Assembly (NCBI GenBank): GCA_963730605.1
Contig: CAVSSM010000002.1
Location: 32,001 to 96,000 of the forward strand
DNA: 64,000 bases
From: an uncultured Chlamydiae bacterium
Lineage (GTDB): Bacteria; Chlamydiota; Chlamydiia; Chlamydiales; SM23-39
Reading direction: 5' to 3'
Position 1 is the stretch's first letter. Each line of letters opens with the position of its first letter. The notes under the pieces were generated by a model. It saw only the letters and a list, made by a program, of their open reading frames with translations. It had not been told where the DNA came from and made no database searches. Made by a program: the position numbers and the translations under genes. Of the stretch, positions 9,690 to 19,240 are shown one piece after another.

Positions 9690-9822
9690 AGATTCCTCCC
9701 AATTTTGGATCGGGTAGAGTTTGACACAAAAAAATAGGATTTGTCAATCTCGACTTTGCAACTTTTTAGACGCTTACATTTCCCAGATGATGCTGCAGCC
9801 CGGCGTTGGTGATCTGATGGCA

Positions 9823-11457
9823 CTATGCCAGGTTGAGATTTGTTAATTTTGCCAGAGGCTGCAGCCCGAGGTCGGTGATCAGATGGCACTCTGCCAGGTC
9901 GAGGCTTGCGAGATTTGTTAATTTTGTCAGGTGCTGCAGCCCATTGTCGGTGATCCGATAGCAGAATACCAAGTCGAGGCTTGCGAGATTTGTTAATTTT
10001 GTCAGGTGCTGCAGCCCATTGTCGGTGATCAGATAGCAGGATGTCAAGTTGAGGCTTGTGAGATTTGTTAAATTTGCCAGGTGCTGCAGCCCATTGTCGG
10101 TGATCTGATGGCACCTTGCCAGGTTGAGGCTGGTGAGATTTGTTAAATTTGCCAGGTGCTGCAGCCCATTGTCGGTGATCCGATTGCACCTTGCCAGGTT
10201 GAGGCTGGTGAGATTTGCCAAAGTCGCCAAAGATGCAAGACCGACATCGGTAATATCGCACCCTGCCAGGCTGAGGCTGGTGAGATTTGCCAAATTTGCC
10301 AGAGATGCAAGACCGACATCGGTAATATCGCACCTTGCCAGGCTGAGGCTGGTGAGATTTGCCAAATTTGCCAGAGATGCAAGACCGACATCGGTAATAT
10401 CGCACCCTGCCAGGCTGAGGCTGGTGAGATTTGCCAAAGTCGCCAGAGGCGGCAGCCCAGCATCGGTGATCCGACGGCACCCTTCCAGATCGAGGCTGGT
10501 GAGATTTGCCAAAGTCGCCAAAGATGCAAGACCGACATCGGTAATATCGCACCCTGCCAGGCTGAGGCTGGTGAGATTTGCCAAATTTGCCAGAGATGCA
10601 AGACCGACATCGGTAATATCGCACCTTGCCAGGCTGAGGCTGGTGAGATTTGCCAAATTTGCCAGAGATGCAAGACCGACATCGGTAATATCGCACCCTG
10701 CCAGGCTGAGGCTGGTGAGATTTGCCAAAGTCGCCAGAGGCGGCAGCCCAGCATCGGTGATCCGACGGCACCCTTCCAGGTCGAGGCTGGTGAGATTCTC
10801 CAAATTTGCCAAAAACGCAAGCCCGGCGTTAGAGATCTCATAGCACCCTGCCAGGCTAAGGCTTGTGAGATTTTTTAAATTTGCCAGGTACTGCAGCCCG
10901 GTGTCGCTGAGATTGCCGTTTCGTGCATTAATTTCAATAATGTTAGGAAAATGCAAAATAATATTTTGCAGCTCTGAATTAGTAATGTCACTGTTTGATA
11001 AATCAAGTTTTAACGGAATTAACTTTATTGAAAAATTTAGATTGAATGCTCTGAAAAAATTTGGATCGAATGCTATGAGTTCTCTAATCTCTTTCAAGGT
11101 AATCGGATATCTGCCTGTCACTTTGTCTTCGAAACGACGAATGGCGGCCATAAAAGGGTTTTTAGCCAGGTTTTGCTTCTGTTCTGTCGAAGCGAGGGCT
11201 GCATTGTCTCTCCGGTTTAAAAATTTCTGGATGTTTACCAATACTTCGTCGGGCATTGAAGAAAGAGAGGGAGGAGGGGGGCGCCTGAGTAAGCGCAAGC
11301 AGCGGCTTACGAAATCCGGCATCCACGCGAGTGTCTGGCCCATTACAGTAAGTCCCAAAACTGATACAGGATCTGAAACTCTTAGATACTTAGCGGCCAC
11401 TCCCGTTATCCCTATACCAACCCCAATTTTTACAGCCGCATTAATCTTCACAAGCAC
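9823..11457 (-). CDS. F-box / leucine-rich-repeat protein, copy B (more LRRs)
   Basis: N-terminal half almost identical to copy A; internal 97-aa LRR block duplicated; ends at a TAG where copy A has TGG. Confidence 0.85.
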   Translation of the reverse strand: MLVKINAAVKIGVGIGITGVAAKYLRVSDPVSVLGLTVMGQTLAWMPDFVSRCLRLLRRPPPPSLSSMPDEVLVNIQKFLNRRDNAALASTEQKQNLAKNPFMAAIRRFEDKVTGRYPITLKEIRELIAFDPNFFRAFNLNFSIKLIPLKLDLSNSDITNSELQNIILHFPNIIEINARNGNLSDTGLQYLANLKNLTSLSLAGCYEISNAGLAFLANLENLTSLDLEGCRRITDAGLPPLATLANLTSLSLAGCDITDVGLASLANLANLTSLSLARCDITDVGLASLANLANLTSLSLAGCDITDVGLASLATLANLTSLDLEGCRRITDAGLPPLATLANLTSLSLAGCDITDVGLASLANLANLTSLSLARCDITDVGLASLANLANLTSLSLAGCDITDVGLASLATLANLTSLNLARCNRITDNGLQHLANLTNLTSLNLARCHQITDNGLQHLANLTNLTSLNLTSCYLITDNGLQHLTKLTNLASLDLVFCYRITDNGLQHLTKLTNLASLDLAECHLITDLGLQPLAKLTNLNLA

Positions 11458-12053
11458 CTTCTTGAATGAATTATTTTAAAAATTAATGAAATTATAACAG
11501 ATGAAAAAATACAATACAATACAATAAGTATTTACAAGTGCTTTGTACTGGACAAAAACTAATTTCATACCGAGCAAGTCCTTGGTTGTGAACACGTAAA
11601 ACACGAAAGTAGTCGCCTGAATTTTCTCAGAATCCACCTCCCAAAAATCGCCCTACGGATCAGATTTAGCCCCTCCCTAAAGAGGCTCCTCGCCTTTCTC
11701 CCGTGAGTTTTGACCTCTATCGCCTGTATCTGATCCTTGATATCCCCCATTCGATATGCCCAGCAGAAAGCGATCGCGAGGACGAACACCATCTTCTCAA
11801 TCTTGATCGATGATGTGTGTGTCCTCCATTCGGAACCCACGGGTCTTCAAACAACCGAACATGGTTCTGACGACGAACAGAGCCTGAATGATTTGCCCTA
11901 GACAGGCGAGACGGCACTTGTGCCAATCGAAAAAAATGGATAAAGTTGCTTGCAACTCGCTGATGTGTTTCATTATACCTCGATGCTTGAAAGACAACGA
12001 GATATGATCGGCCTTCAGCGAGCCATTGTCAGCAACTTATTTTTTGTCCAGTA

Positions 12054-13285
12054 CTACAGCGTTTCATTAATTTTGACATAATTTCTTGATAAAAAATATA
12101 CTTGACGCCTTGTAAAATTCGTGGGAGTGCAGGTATGCGAAAGAAGTATAAAGTCAAGTTAACACCTAGTCAGCGCAAGCAATTACTCGAAGTTGTGCAT
12201 AAAGGAAAGCAGAAGGCAAAAACAATCACTCATGCTCGAATACTATTGCAGGCAGATTCTGGTGAAGAGGGGCCGGGTTTGAGAGCAAAAGCTATTGCGG
12301 CAGGGTTGAATATTCACGAACGCACTGTACATCGAGTCAGAGAATCTTTCGCAAACGATGGACTGGAAGCTGCTTTGCACCGAAAAAAACATCGCCAATA
12401 CAAACCAAGAAAACTCGATGGTGATCAAGAAGCCCATCTGGTTGCCATATGTTGCGGGGCCCCTCCGGAAGGGCGCAAAGAATGGACCTTGAGATTGTTA
12501 AGCGAAAGACTGGTTCAGCTAGAAGTTATTGATTCTATTTCCAGAAGCACAGTCCATCGCACTTTAAAAAAAATGAACTTAAGCCCTGGCTAAAGAAAGA
12601 ATGGTGTATTCCTCCTGAGGAAAACGCTGACTTTGTTTGCCGAATGGAAAATGTGTTAGGCCTCTATAAGTGCCCATACAATCCAGAATATCCAATGATT
12701 TGCATGGATGAGTCGAGTAAGCAACACGAGGCAGGAAAGCTGGATAACATTCCAGCAAAACGAGGTAAGGTTGAACGCTTTGATACAGGATATGAGCGCA
12801 ATGGCGTGAGTAATATTCTGCTGAGTTTTGAGCCACTAACAGGGAAACGATACATTGATGTTTCGGAGAGAAGGACTCGATTGGATTGGGCCAAACATAT
12901 ACAGAAACTTGTAGAGGAGCATTATCCCAAGGCAAAAAAGATCCTCTTGGTCTGCGATAATTTAAATATCCATACAGGTGCTGCTCTTTATGAGCTTCTG
13001 CCGCCCAAAGAGGCGAAAAGGATCGTAGACCGTCTGGAATTTCGTTATACGCCGAAACATGGGAGCTGGTTAAACATGGCAGAAATCGAATTAAGCCACC
13101 TTTCCAGGCAATGTTTAAACCGACGCCTAAGAGACATAGTCGAGGTTAAAAAAGAAGTTGCCTCCTGGCTAGAGGGCAGAAACAAGGATGCGCATGTTAT
13201 AGACTGGCGCTTCACAGTTGAGGACGCAAGAATCAAGCTAAAAAAGCTTTACCCCACAATTGGCAAAATTAATGAAACGCTGTAG
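12054..13285 (+). mobile_element. IS630-family insertion sequence (two-ORF type)
   Basis: Perfect TIR ctacagcgtttcattaattttg / caaaattaatgaaacgctgtag; TA duplication at 12052-12053 and 13286-13287. Confidence 0.95.
12135..13285 (+). CDS. IS630 transposase, orfA/orfB joined by a probable -1 frameshift
   Basis: HTH orfA ending HRTLKK. A8 run at 12566-12573 links it to the frame KNELKPWLKKEWCIPP...CMDE...VCDNLNIH...TPKHGSWLNMAEIE (DDE). Confidence 0.9.
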
Positions 13286-13392
13286 TACAGAGATAGGGGA
13301 CATTACTCCAAAAGGACTAAATCGAGATTAAAATTTCAAAAAAGAAGGCTGCTGATGCAGCCGCCAGCAGGCATTATAGGGATAATAAGCAT

Positions 13393-15012
13393 CTAAGAGG
13401 ACTCAAGCTCATCGATCTTGTCTTCGATCTCTTTGATGGCGGCATTAGCTTTTTCCAGCCTTTCTTTCTCTTGATCGATGAGTTCCCTCAATTGAATGGC
13501 TTTCTCGAAATCCAATCCGGAGCTGCCAAGGGTTTTCCTGTGCAGTTCGAGGAGATCCTTGACCTCTTGCCGCCGCTCCTTTTTCTGTTGGAGGACAGTA
13601 TTCAAGTTTTCCAATGTTTTCCGGTCGTCTTCGCTAAGATTAAGAACCGCTTGCTCTTTCTTATCTGCCAAAAGATCCTTCAGGGGCCGAAGCGAGGTCT
13701 CTAATTGCTGCTTTTCGACCCTCGACGCATCAAGGCTCTGGAGGGACTCAAGAAGTTCCTCATACCGGGAGGTGAAGGTGTCAAGGTCGAGCTCCGAGCC
13801 TTCCTTTTGGAGCATTGCCGCAACTTCTTTGATACGGGCGATTTTTTCTCGCTTCATGCGAAGCGCTTCTTTTTCCGCCTCTTCCAATGCGCGGGCCCTT
13901 TGTTCTTGAGCGGTTACATGAGGAGCGCGCAGCTTCGCCAGTTCGCCCTGCAAATGGCGAACGTCATCTCGATGCAGAGCGACCTCTTTCATTTCTTTCG
14001 AAATGAGATCGATCTCCTTATCGAGATCGCGTAAATTCATCTCGACAGAGCGGGTTTTTAACTCCTCGATCTTCCTTTCTATCGCGGTTCTCTTTTCGGA
14101 AGAGACCTGCTTTTTCTCGAACATCTCTTTTTTGTGTTCTTTTTCCAATGCTCTGACGGTATCCCAGCATTCGCTCAGTTTCATCCGGGTCCGGTTGAAT
14201 GCCCCGCTGCTCAAGGTAAACACTTTCGCCATGCCTTGCAGAGCCTTGATCTCTTCTCGGAGCGCGTAATAAGGAGCTCCGATCACTTCGGCTCCTTTGA
14301 AATATCTCTCAATGAAACGGTCTACATCCCGCTCAAATTCCCCGCTCACAATCTCTATCAACTCTTTTCTTCTGGGGAATATTTGATCTCCAAGCTGAGA
14401 GAGGCGCTTAAAGAATTTTGCTTTGAAGCGAATCCGCATATCGGTCTTGATCACTTCCTTGCGGAATGCGTTCAGCCTGCTCGCCAAGGTATTGAGCAGA
14501 TTCAGTTCACTCTGGATCTTGTCGTAGCTTTCAGCTTTTCCCGAGATTGTTTCAGAGTGAGCGGGGGGAGAGAGAGTCCCTGCTTGTTGGAGCCGGTCTT
14601 GGAAATGGGTCAGGTCGCTCTCGATCGATTGGATGGCCAGGTCGATCTGCTCCATGGCAAAAGCGCTCTGCTCTTCAAGAATTTCTTTAAGCCTCCGAGC
14701 CTCTACCGTCAGCTCGACATATTCGCCCCACAGCTTGGAGCGGATCGCGGGGTTTAAATTCTCTTTGAAACAACCCAAAATTTGGCGACGGGCCTCCCAA
14801 AATTCCCGGAATCGGGGGCTCCCTTCTTGCGAAATAGAGCTGCGCATGAACTGAAGTCCATAAGCGACTTTCTCCTCAGGGCTGGGAAGCGCGGCGAATT
14901 GAGCGGTAAATTCTTGAAACGCGGGACTACCGAGAGGAGTCCGATCTTCTGGGGCGGAAGCAGGTTCGCGCTCCGCGTTCGATGCATCGGAAGGATCGGA
15001 AACTGAATTCAT
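13393..15012 (-). CDS. Conserved chlamydial coiled-coil hypothetical protein (position of C. trachomatis CT768)
   Basis: 539 aa, charged and all-helical; lies between miaA and rsfS. Orthology inferred from synteny and recall only. Confidence 0.7.
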   Translation of the reverse strand: MNSVSDPSDASNAEREPASAPEDRTPLGSPAFQEFTAQFAALPSPEEKVAYGLQFMRSSISQEGSPRFREFWEARRQILGCFKENLNPAIRSKLWGEYVELTVEARRLKEILEEQSAFAMEQIDLAIQSIESDLTHFQDRLQQAGTLSPPAHSETISGKAESYDKIQSELNLLNTLASRLNAFRKEVIKTDMRIRFKAKFFKRLSQLGDQIFPRRKELIEIVSGEFERDVDRFIERYFKGAEVIGAPYYALREEIKALQGMAKVFTLSSGAFNRTRMKLSECWDTVRALEKEHKKEMFEKKQVSSEKRTAIERKIEELKTRSVEMNLRDLDKEIDLISKEMKEVALHRDDVRHLQGELAKLRAPHVTAQEQRARALEEAEKEALRMKREKIARIKEVAAMLQKEGSELDLDTFTSRYEELLESLQSLDASRVEKQQLETSLRPLKDLLADKKEQAVLNLSEDDRKTLENLNTVLQQKKERRQEVKDLLELHRKTLGSSGLDFEKAIQLRELIDQEKERLEKANAAIKEIEDKIDELESS

Positions 15013-15187
15013 AGGGAAAGGCCTTACGTCTTTGGAAAGTACTTAAGAAGTTTAAGGTAAGCGAGTTTTTTCTTCAAGAGAATCATTTTGAAGATGTGAA
15101 CCTATCCCACTAATAAGTTTCAGTTGATGGGATAGGTTCGTCATATTTTTATTTGATTTCATCGCCAAAAAAAGAGATGATGAGCCA

Positions 15188-16465
15188 ATGCGTTTGGGAC
15201 GACTCATCCTCGCTAGCTCTGCAATCATCCTTTCTTTATGCGGGGATATGGAACTTGAAAATCCGGGGGCTATCGAGGACTTCGCCATGGAAAAACTGAA
15301 GGATTGTAATCCTCCCGGGGTGCCTTGGGGAAATCCCTGCAACGGCTCCAGAAAAAACCAGACTTTCCGCAAAAGGACACCGCCTAGAGCCCAACCGGAG
15401 TCCCCATCTCCTCTTGACGTCGCCCTTCCGACGGGGCGGCCCTGCCCGGTACCTTCTTCTGGAGGCGTCAAATGCGACGCGGCCTTTTTGATCTGGCAAT
15501 CCAAAATGTGGGGCTTCGAATTCGCTGGGAAGTCGTTCGTTCCCACGAATGCGGGCACCCCGTCAGTGACTCTTAAGGAAAAAGCATTCGTTCCCGATTT
15601 TGCCTGGCGTCCCGGGTTCAAAATCGATGTCGGCTATGATTTCGGCTTCGACGGATGGGATCTGGACAGCCGGTGGACTTTCTACAAAGGCGAAGACACA
15701 TCGCTGAAAAAAAGCTTCTCCTCCGAAATCAGCCCCCCCGGTATGGGAGTCGTTCCTCTCTGGTTTTATCCTTTCTTCAATGTCGCATCTCCTAATCAAA
15801 TCCGCTATTCCGAAGGAAAGATGCGCTGGCGGCATTATTTCAATGCGATCGATCTTGAGATCGGGAAATGCTCTGCTCTCACTAAACGGTTATCGCTGCG
15901 CCTCTATGGCGGTCTGAAAGGGGCCTGGATGCGGCAAACGTACCGGGTCGATTACCAAAACGGCTCTACGATTGCGGCGACTGTTCCTGGTACTGACGGA
16001 ACGGTTTCCTTTGAACTTCTCGAGAGCAGCATTGCTTTCAAAAATGAGATTTGGGGAGCAGGTCCGAGAGCCGGTTTCGATTCGAGATGGAAAATCCTCT
16101 GGGGCTTCAGCCTGATCGCCGACGCGGCGGTTTCGTTCCTCTTTTCTAAAATCGAGACGCACCGCGATCAAAACGACCTCAACCTGAATACTGGGCTTGG
16201 GGTTCAGCAACCATTCCACATGCACATGGTCGCAAATTCCCATCAATTGAAACCAGCCGTGGAAGGGAAACTCGGACTGGATTGGGAAACTTGCCTCTAT
16301 TCCAGAAGCATCATCGGCTTCTCTATTGCCTACGAAGTGCAATACTGGTGGGCCCAAAATGAACTCCGCCGCAATTACACCCATGCCGCGCCAGGAGACA
16401 TGTTCTCTATGAGGGGCGATCTTCAAATGCATGGACTCACCGCTGAGGTCGCCTATTCCTACTAA
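15188..16465 (+). CDS. Outer-membrane beta-barrel porin-like protein 1 (Legionella-OMP/MOMP-like)
   Basis: Signal-like N-terminus; FLIWQ, PDFAWRPGFKIDVGY, IDLEIG, GAGPRAG, AYEVQYWWAQN, GDLQMHGLT; terminal aromatic residue. Confidence 0.8.
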   Translation: MRLGRLILASSAIILSLCGDMELENPGAIEDFAMEKLKDCNPPGVPWGNPCNGSRKNQTFRKRTPPRAQPESPSPLDVALPTGRPCPVPSSGGVKCDAAFLIWQSKMWGFEFAGKSFVPTNAGTPSVTLKEKAFVPDFAWRPGFKIDVGYDFGFDGWDLDSRWTFYKGEDTSLKKSFSSEISPPGMGVVPLWFYPFFNVASPNQIRYSEGKMRWRHYFNAIDLEIGKCSALTKRLSLRLYGGLKGAWMRQTYRVDYQNGSTIAATVPGTDGTVSFELLESSIAFKNEIWGAGPRAGFDSRWKILWGFSLIADAAVSFLFSKIETHRDQNDLNLNTGLGVQQPFHMHMVANSHQLKPAVEGKLGLDWETCLYSRSIIGFSIAYEVQYWWAQNELRRNYTHAAPGDMFSMRGDLQMHGLTAEVAYSY

Positions 16466-16466
16466 A

Positions 16467-17630
16467 GTGATCCTATTTTGCCTCGTCCCGTGGCTTCTCA
16501 TAGCGGAGAGCCCAATTCTCTCCCTCACTCAAGAGCGTGAGAATAGATGCAGGGAGGATCGGATCGATCCAGCTCTAGGACCTCAGCGAGTCAGGCCTGA
16601 GAGAATCGCACCTCAGAAAAAAATCGAGGAAGCGGCAACCCTCATCGATGAGCATCCGGGAAAAGAAGGAGGATTCAAGACGGACCTCGCATTTCTCGTC
16701 TGGCAAGCCCAGGAAGACGGGCTCGAATTCACAGCGAAAAACAGCCCCGCATTCCCCTTTTCCGCCAACATCCCGACCGATATATCCGCTCCCCTTTCCA
16801 GCGTCGACTTTGCTTGGGAGCCCGCGTTCAAGCTCCTCTTCGGCTACCACTTCGGAGACTCTAGCTGGGATTTCAGCACAAGATGGACTTGGTATTATTC
16901 CCGCTCCGACCGCTCCCTTTCAGAGAGCCTCTCTCCTTCCGGCGCAGGCCTCTTGGCTCTTTGGATTCCTCCGCAAGCGGCGATCAGCGCATTTCCTGTC
17001 TACAGCAGCGCCAAGGGGACCCTCCTTCTGCATCTCAGCAACATCGACCTCGAGCTTGCCTACACAGGGGGCGTGTCCCGGTTTTTCTTCTTGAAACTCC
17101 ACGGTGGATTGAAACTCATCTCCATCCACCAGGTCTTTCAGGTTCATTACTCGGGAGGTTTTTTTGACGGGACAAACCAAATGCTCGATTCGAACATTCG
17201 GGCCAAATCGCGCGGGCTCGGTTTGGGGCCCCGCTTCGGGTTTGGCACGAAATGGGTCCTTCCACGAGGATGGTCGCTCATTGCCGAAGCGGCGGGCGCG
17301 CTTGCTTTGGACGACATGACGACCCGAAGAAAGGATGTTTCGATCGGCGCCATTTCCGGCGCGCCCCAAGAGATCTCGATCCGTTTCAACGAAAACTTTT
17401 GGGTCTGGCGCCCCCTTGTCGAAGGGAAAGCCGGGGTCCAATGGGAATATTTCTTCGGATCAAAAAAAAATAGGATCCTGGACGTAAGCGTAGCCTATGA
17501 AATCCAGCAGTATTGGGAACAGAACGTCTTTACCCGCTATGCGGACAGCGCGATTTTCTATGCGCCCTACAACAACAGAGGGAATTTGACCCTGCAGGGG
17601 TTTTCCTTCACCTTAGCCTTTAGGATTTGA
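16467..17630 (+). CDS. Outer-membrane beta-barrel porin-like protein 2
   Basis: Same motif series (FLVWQAQEDGLEF, DFAWEPAFK, GLGPRFG, AYEIQQYWEQN, GNLTLQGF). Probable GTG start at 16467; ORF track starts at 16431. Confidence 0.8.
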   Translation: MILFCLVPWLLIAESPILSLTQERENRCREDRIDPALGPQRVRPERIAPQKKIEEAATLIDEHPGKEGGFKTDLAFLVWQAQEDGLEFTAKNSPAFPFSANIPTDISAPLSSVDFAWEPAFKLLFGYHFGDSSWDFSTRWTWYYSRSDRSLSESLSPSGAGLLALWIPPQAAISAFPVYSSAKGTLLLHLSNIDLELAYTGGVSRFFFLKLHGGLKLISIHQVFQVHYSGGFFDGTNQMLDSNIRAKSRGLGLGPRFGFGTKWVLPRGWSLIAEAAGALALDDMTTRRKDVSIGAISGAPQEISIRFNENFWVWRPLVEGKAGVQWEYFFGSKKNRILDVSVAYEIQQYWEQNVFTRYADSAIFYAPYNNRGNLTLQGFSFTLAFRI

Positions 17631-18724
17631 CATTGAAATTGAAACGGTTCCTCTTTCTCATCGCGACCCTCTCCGAGCTTGCAGCTTATCAATGCCCAAC
17701 TGCCCTCAAGCCTTGCACTGAACAGCCCTCGAAAAACGAAATCTTCTTCAATGTGGATCTCCTTGTTTGGGATGCGCGCGAAGAGGGCCTAGAGTATGCG
17801 TATAAAAATTCGGGAAGCCAGAGCGATCAAGAATTGACCTCCTTTGAGCCCCATACCAAATTCGAGCCGGGTTTCCGCCTAGGGCTGGGAGGTTTTTTGC
17901 CCTACGACTCTTGGACCCTCGGCGCCCTTTACACCTTTTACCGCACCGAACGGCACTCTTCGGGAAGTTTTGATTTCAACCCTACCGGAACCCCTGGGCC
18001 GGGGATGATCGCGGTTTGGACCTACCCTTCCGCTTTTACGAACAATAATAATGGAGCCCGTTTCTTTTCCGCGAAAAACAAATGGCAGCTCCACTCCTCC
18101 TTCCTCGACCTCGAACTCGGCCGTCCCTGCAAGATTGCCTCCTATTTCACCCTGACTCCCTCCTTTGGGATCAGAGCCGCCTGGCTGCACCAACGCTACC
18201 AGGTCGAATACGGCCAAGGCAACCTCATCTTCTTCGGCGCCGGCAACCAGGTGACGGTTCTGTCTTCCGGGATCGACATGTACTCATCCTCGAATAACTT
18301 GGGGCTCCTTTTCGGGAGCGGCTTCAAATGGCTGATCGGGAAACATTGGGATCTCATCGCCAATCTCTCCGGCGCTTTCCTCGCTTCCCGCTTCGATGTG
18401 AAACGGGATGAGACAGACCTTTTCCAGAATTTGGCCGGAGCCTTGCAGACCCAATCGATCCGGCTGAAGAGCGAATATTGGTCCTTCCGTCCTCAAGGGC
18501 AGATTGCCCTCGGCTTCCGTTTTTCCGACGACTTCCGTTATGGCGCGCGCCTTGTCCGCTATCACCTCAAAGCGGCCTATGAAGCGCAAATGTGGTGGAA
18601 GCAGAACCAACTGCTCCGCTATCTCGACGTCCAAAACGCCACGAGCTCCGGGGCCAATGCCGCTCCGATGCAGGGCGACTTGATGTTCCACGGCGCCGAC
18701 CTTGAAGTCAGCTTTGATTTCTAG
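17627..18724 (+). CDS. Outer-membrane beta-barrel porin-like protein 3
   Basis: LLVWDAREEGLEYA, FEPGFRLGLG, LDLELG, AYEAQMWWKQNQ, GDLMFHG; C-terminal Phe. Confidence 0.8.
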   Translation: MTLKLKRFLFLIATLSELAAYQCPTALKPCTEQPSKNEIFFNVDLLVWDAREEGLEYAYKNSGSQSDQELTSFEPHTKFEPGFRLGLGGFLPYDSWTLGALYTFYRTERHSSGSFDFNPTGTPGPGMIAVWTYPSAFTNNNNGARFFSAKNKWQLHSSFLDLELGRPCKIASYFTLTPSFGIRAAWLHQRYQVEYGQGNLIFFGAGNQVTVLSSGIDMYSSSNNLGLLFGSGFKWLIGKHWDLIANLSGAFLASRFDVKRDETDLFQNLAGALQTQSIRLKSEYWSFRPQGQIALGFRFSDDFRYGARLVRYHLKAAYEAQMWWKQNQLLRYLDVQNATSSGANAAPMQGDLMFHGADLEVSFDF

Positions 18725-18822
18725 AAACGTCTGAGGATCGAGAAATAGCCGATGTCCAAGCTGTGAACCCGGCTTATCCCCTTATCTCTTCCACCCCACG
18801 TATATAGGTGCAAATGACTTCA

Positions 18823-18996
18823 GAGGGTGTCTACAAAGTGAGGGAACGCCCGAGTTTTTGGATTATTTTGGCCGCTTTTCGACTTCAAAGCTTGGGGGGC
18901 CCATATACTGTTGTCGATATTGCCCCCAAGTCTTGAATCGAAAATCGGCTCAAAAGAACCGAAAAATCGACAGAACCTCACATTGTAGACACCCTC
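18823..18996. mobile_element. 174-bp MITE, IS5-family-like ends
   Basis: TIR gagggtgtctacaaagtgagg / cctcacattgtagacaccctc; flanked on both sides by tca (3-bp duplication). Confidence 0.85.
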
Positions 18997-19240
18997 TCAG
19001 CCTTGCCCACATTTTTAACGGGACTAATGTGATTAATAATGGGATATTGCCCTTATCCTTTATTGATAAATATGCTCTTCATTGTTAATTTTCAATAACT
19101 TGCAAATATCAAATGTGATACTTCAAAAAAATAATAAAATTATTTTAAATTTATTTACTAAAATCTTTATAATTTGTATAATTATATTTAAATATAAGAT
19201 ATTATTTATATTTTAACTAAAATTAAAAATTTGGGGATAT

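Larger units (their letters stand above)
11544..13290 (-). mobile_element. IS4-family remnant (internally deleted), one TIR split by IS630
   Basis: TIRs tgtactggacaaaaa / tttttgtccagta(cag). Transposase N-terminus MKHISELQATLSIFFDWHKCRL is joined directly to the C-terminal FGCLKTRGFRMEDTH motif, then frameshifts. Confidence 0.75.

Noticed and set aside
8000..10880. 72/75-bp periodic repeats as a CRISPR array, and long overlapping ORFs on both strands
   Set aside because: The repeats are contiguous coding LRR units with no unique spacers and no cas genes; the shadow ORFs result from the periodicity.
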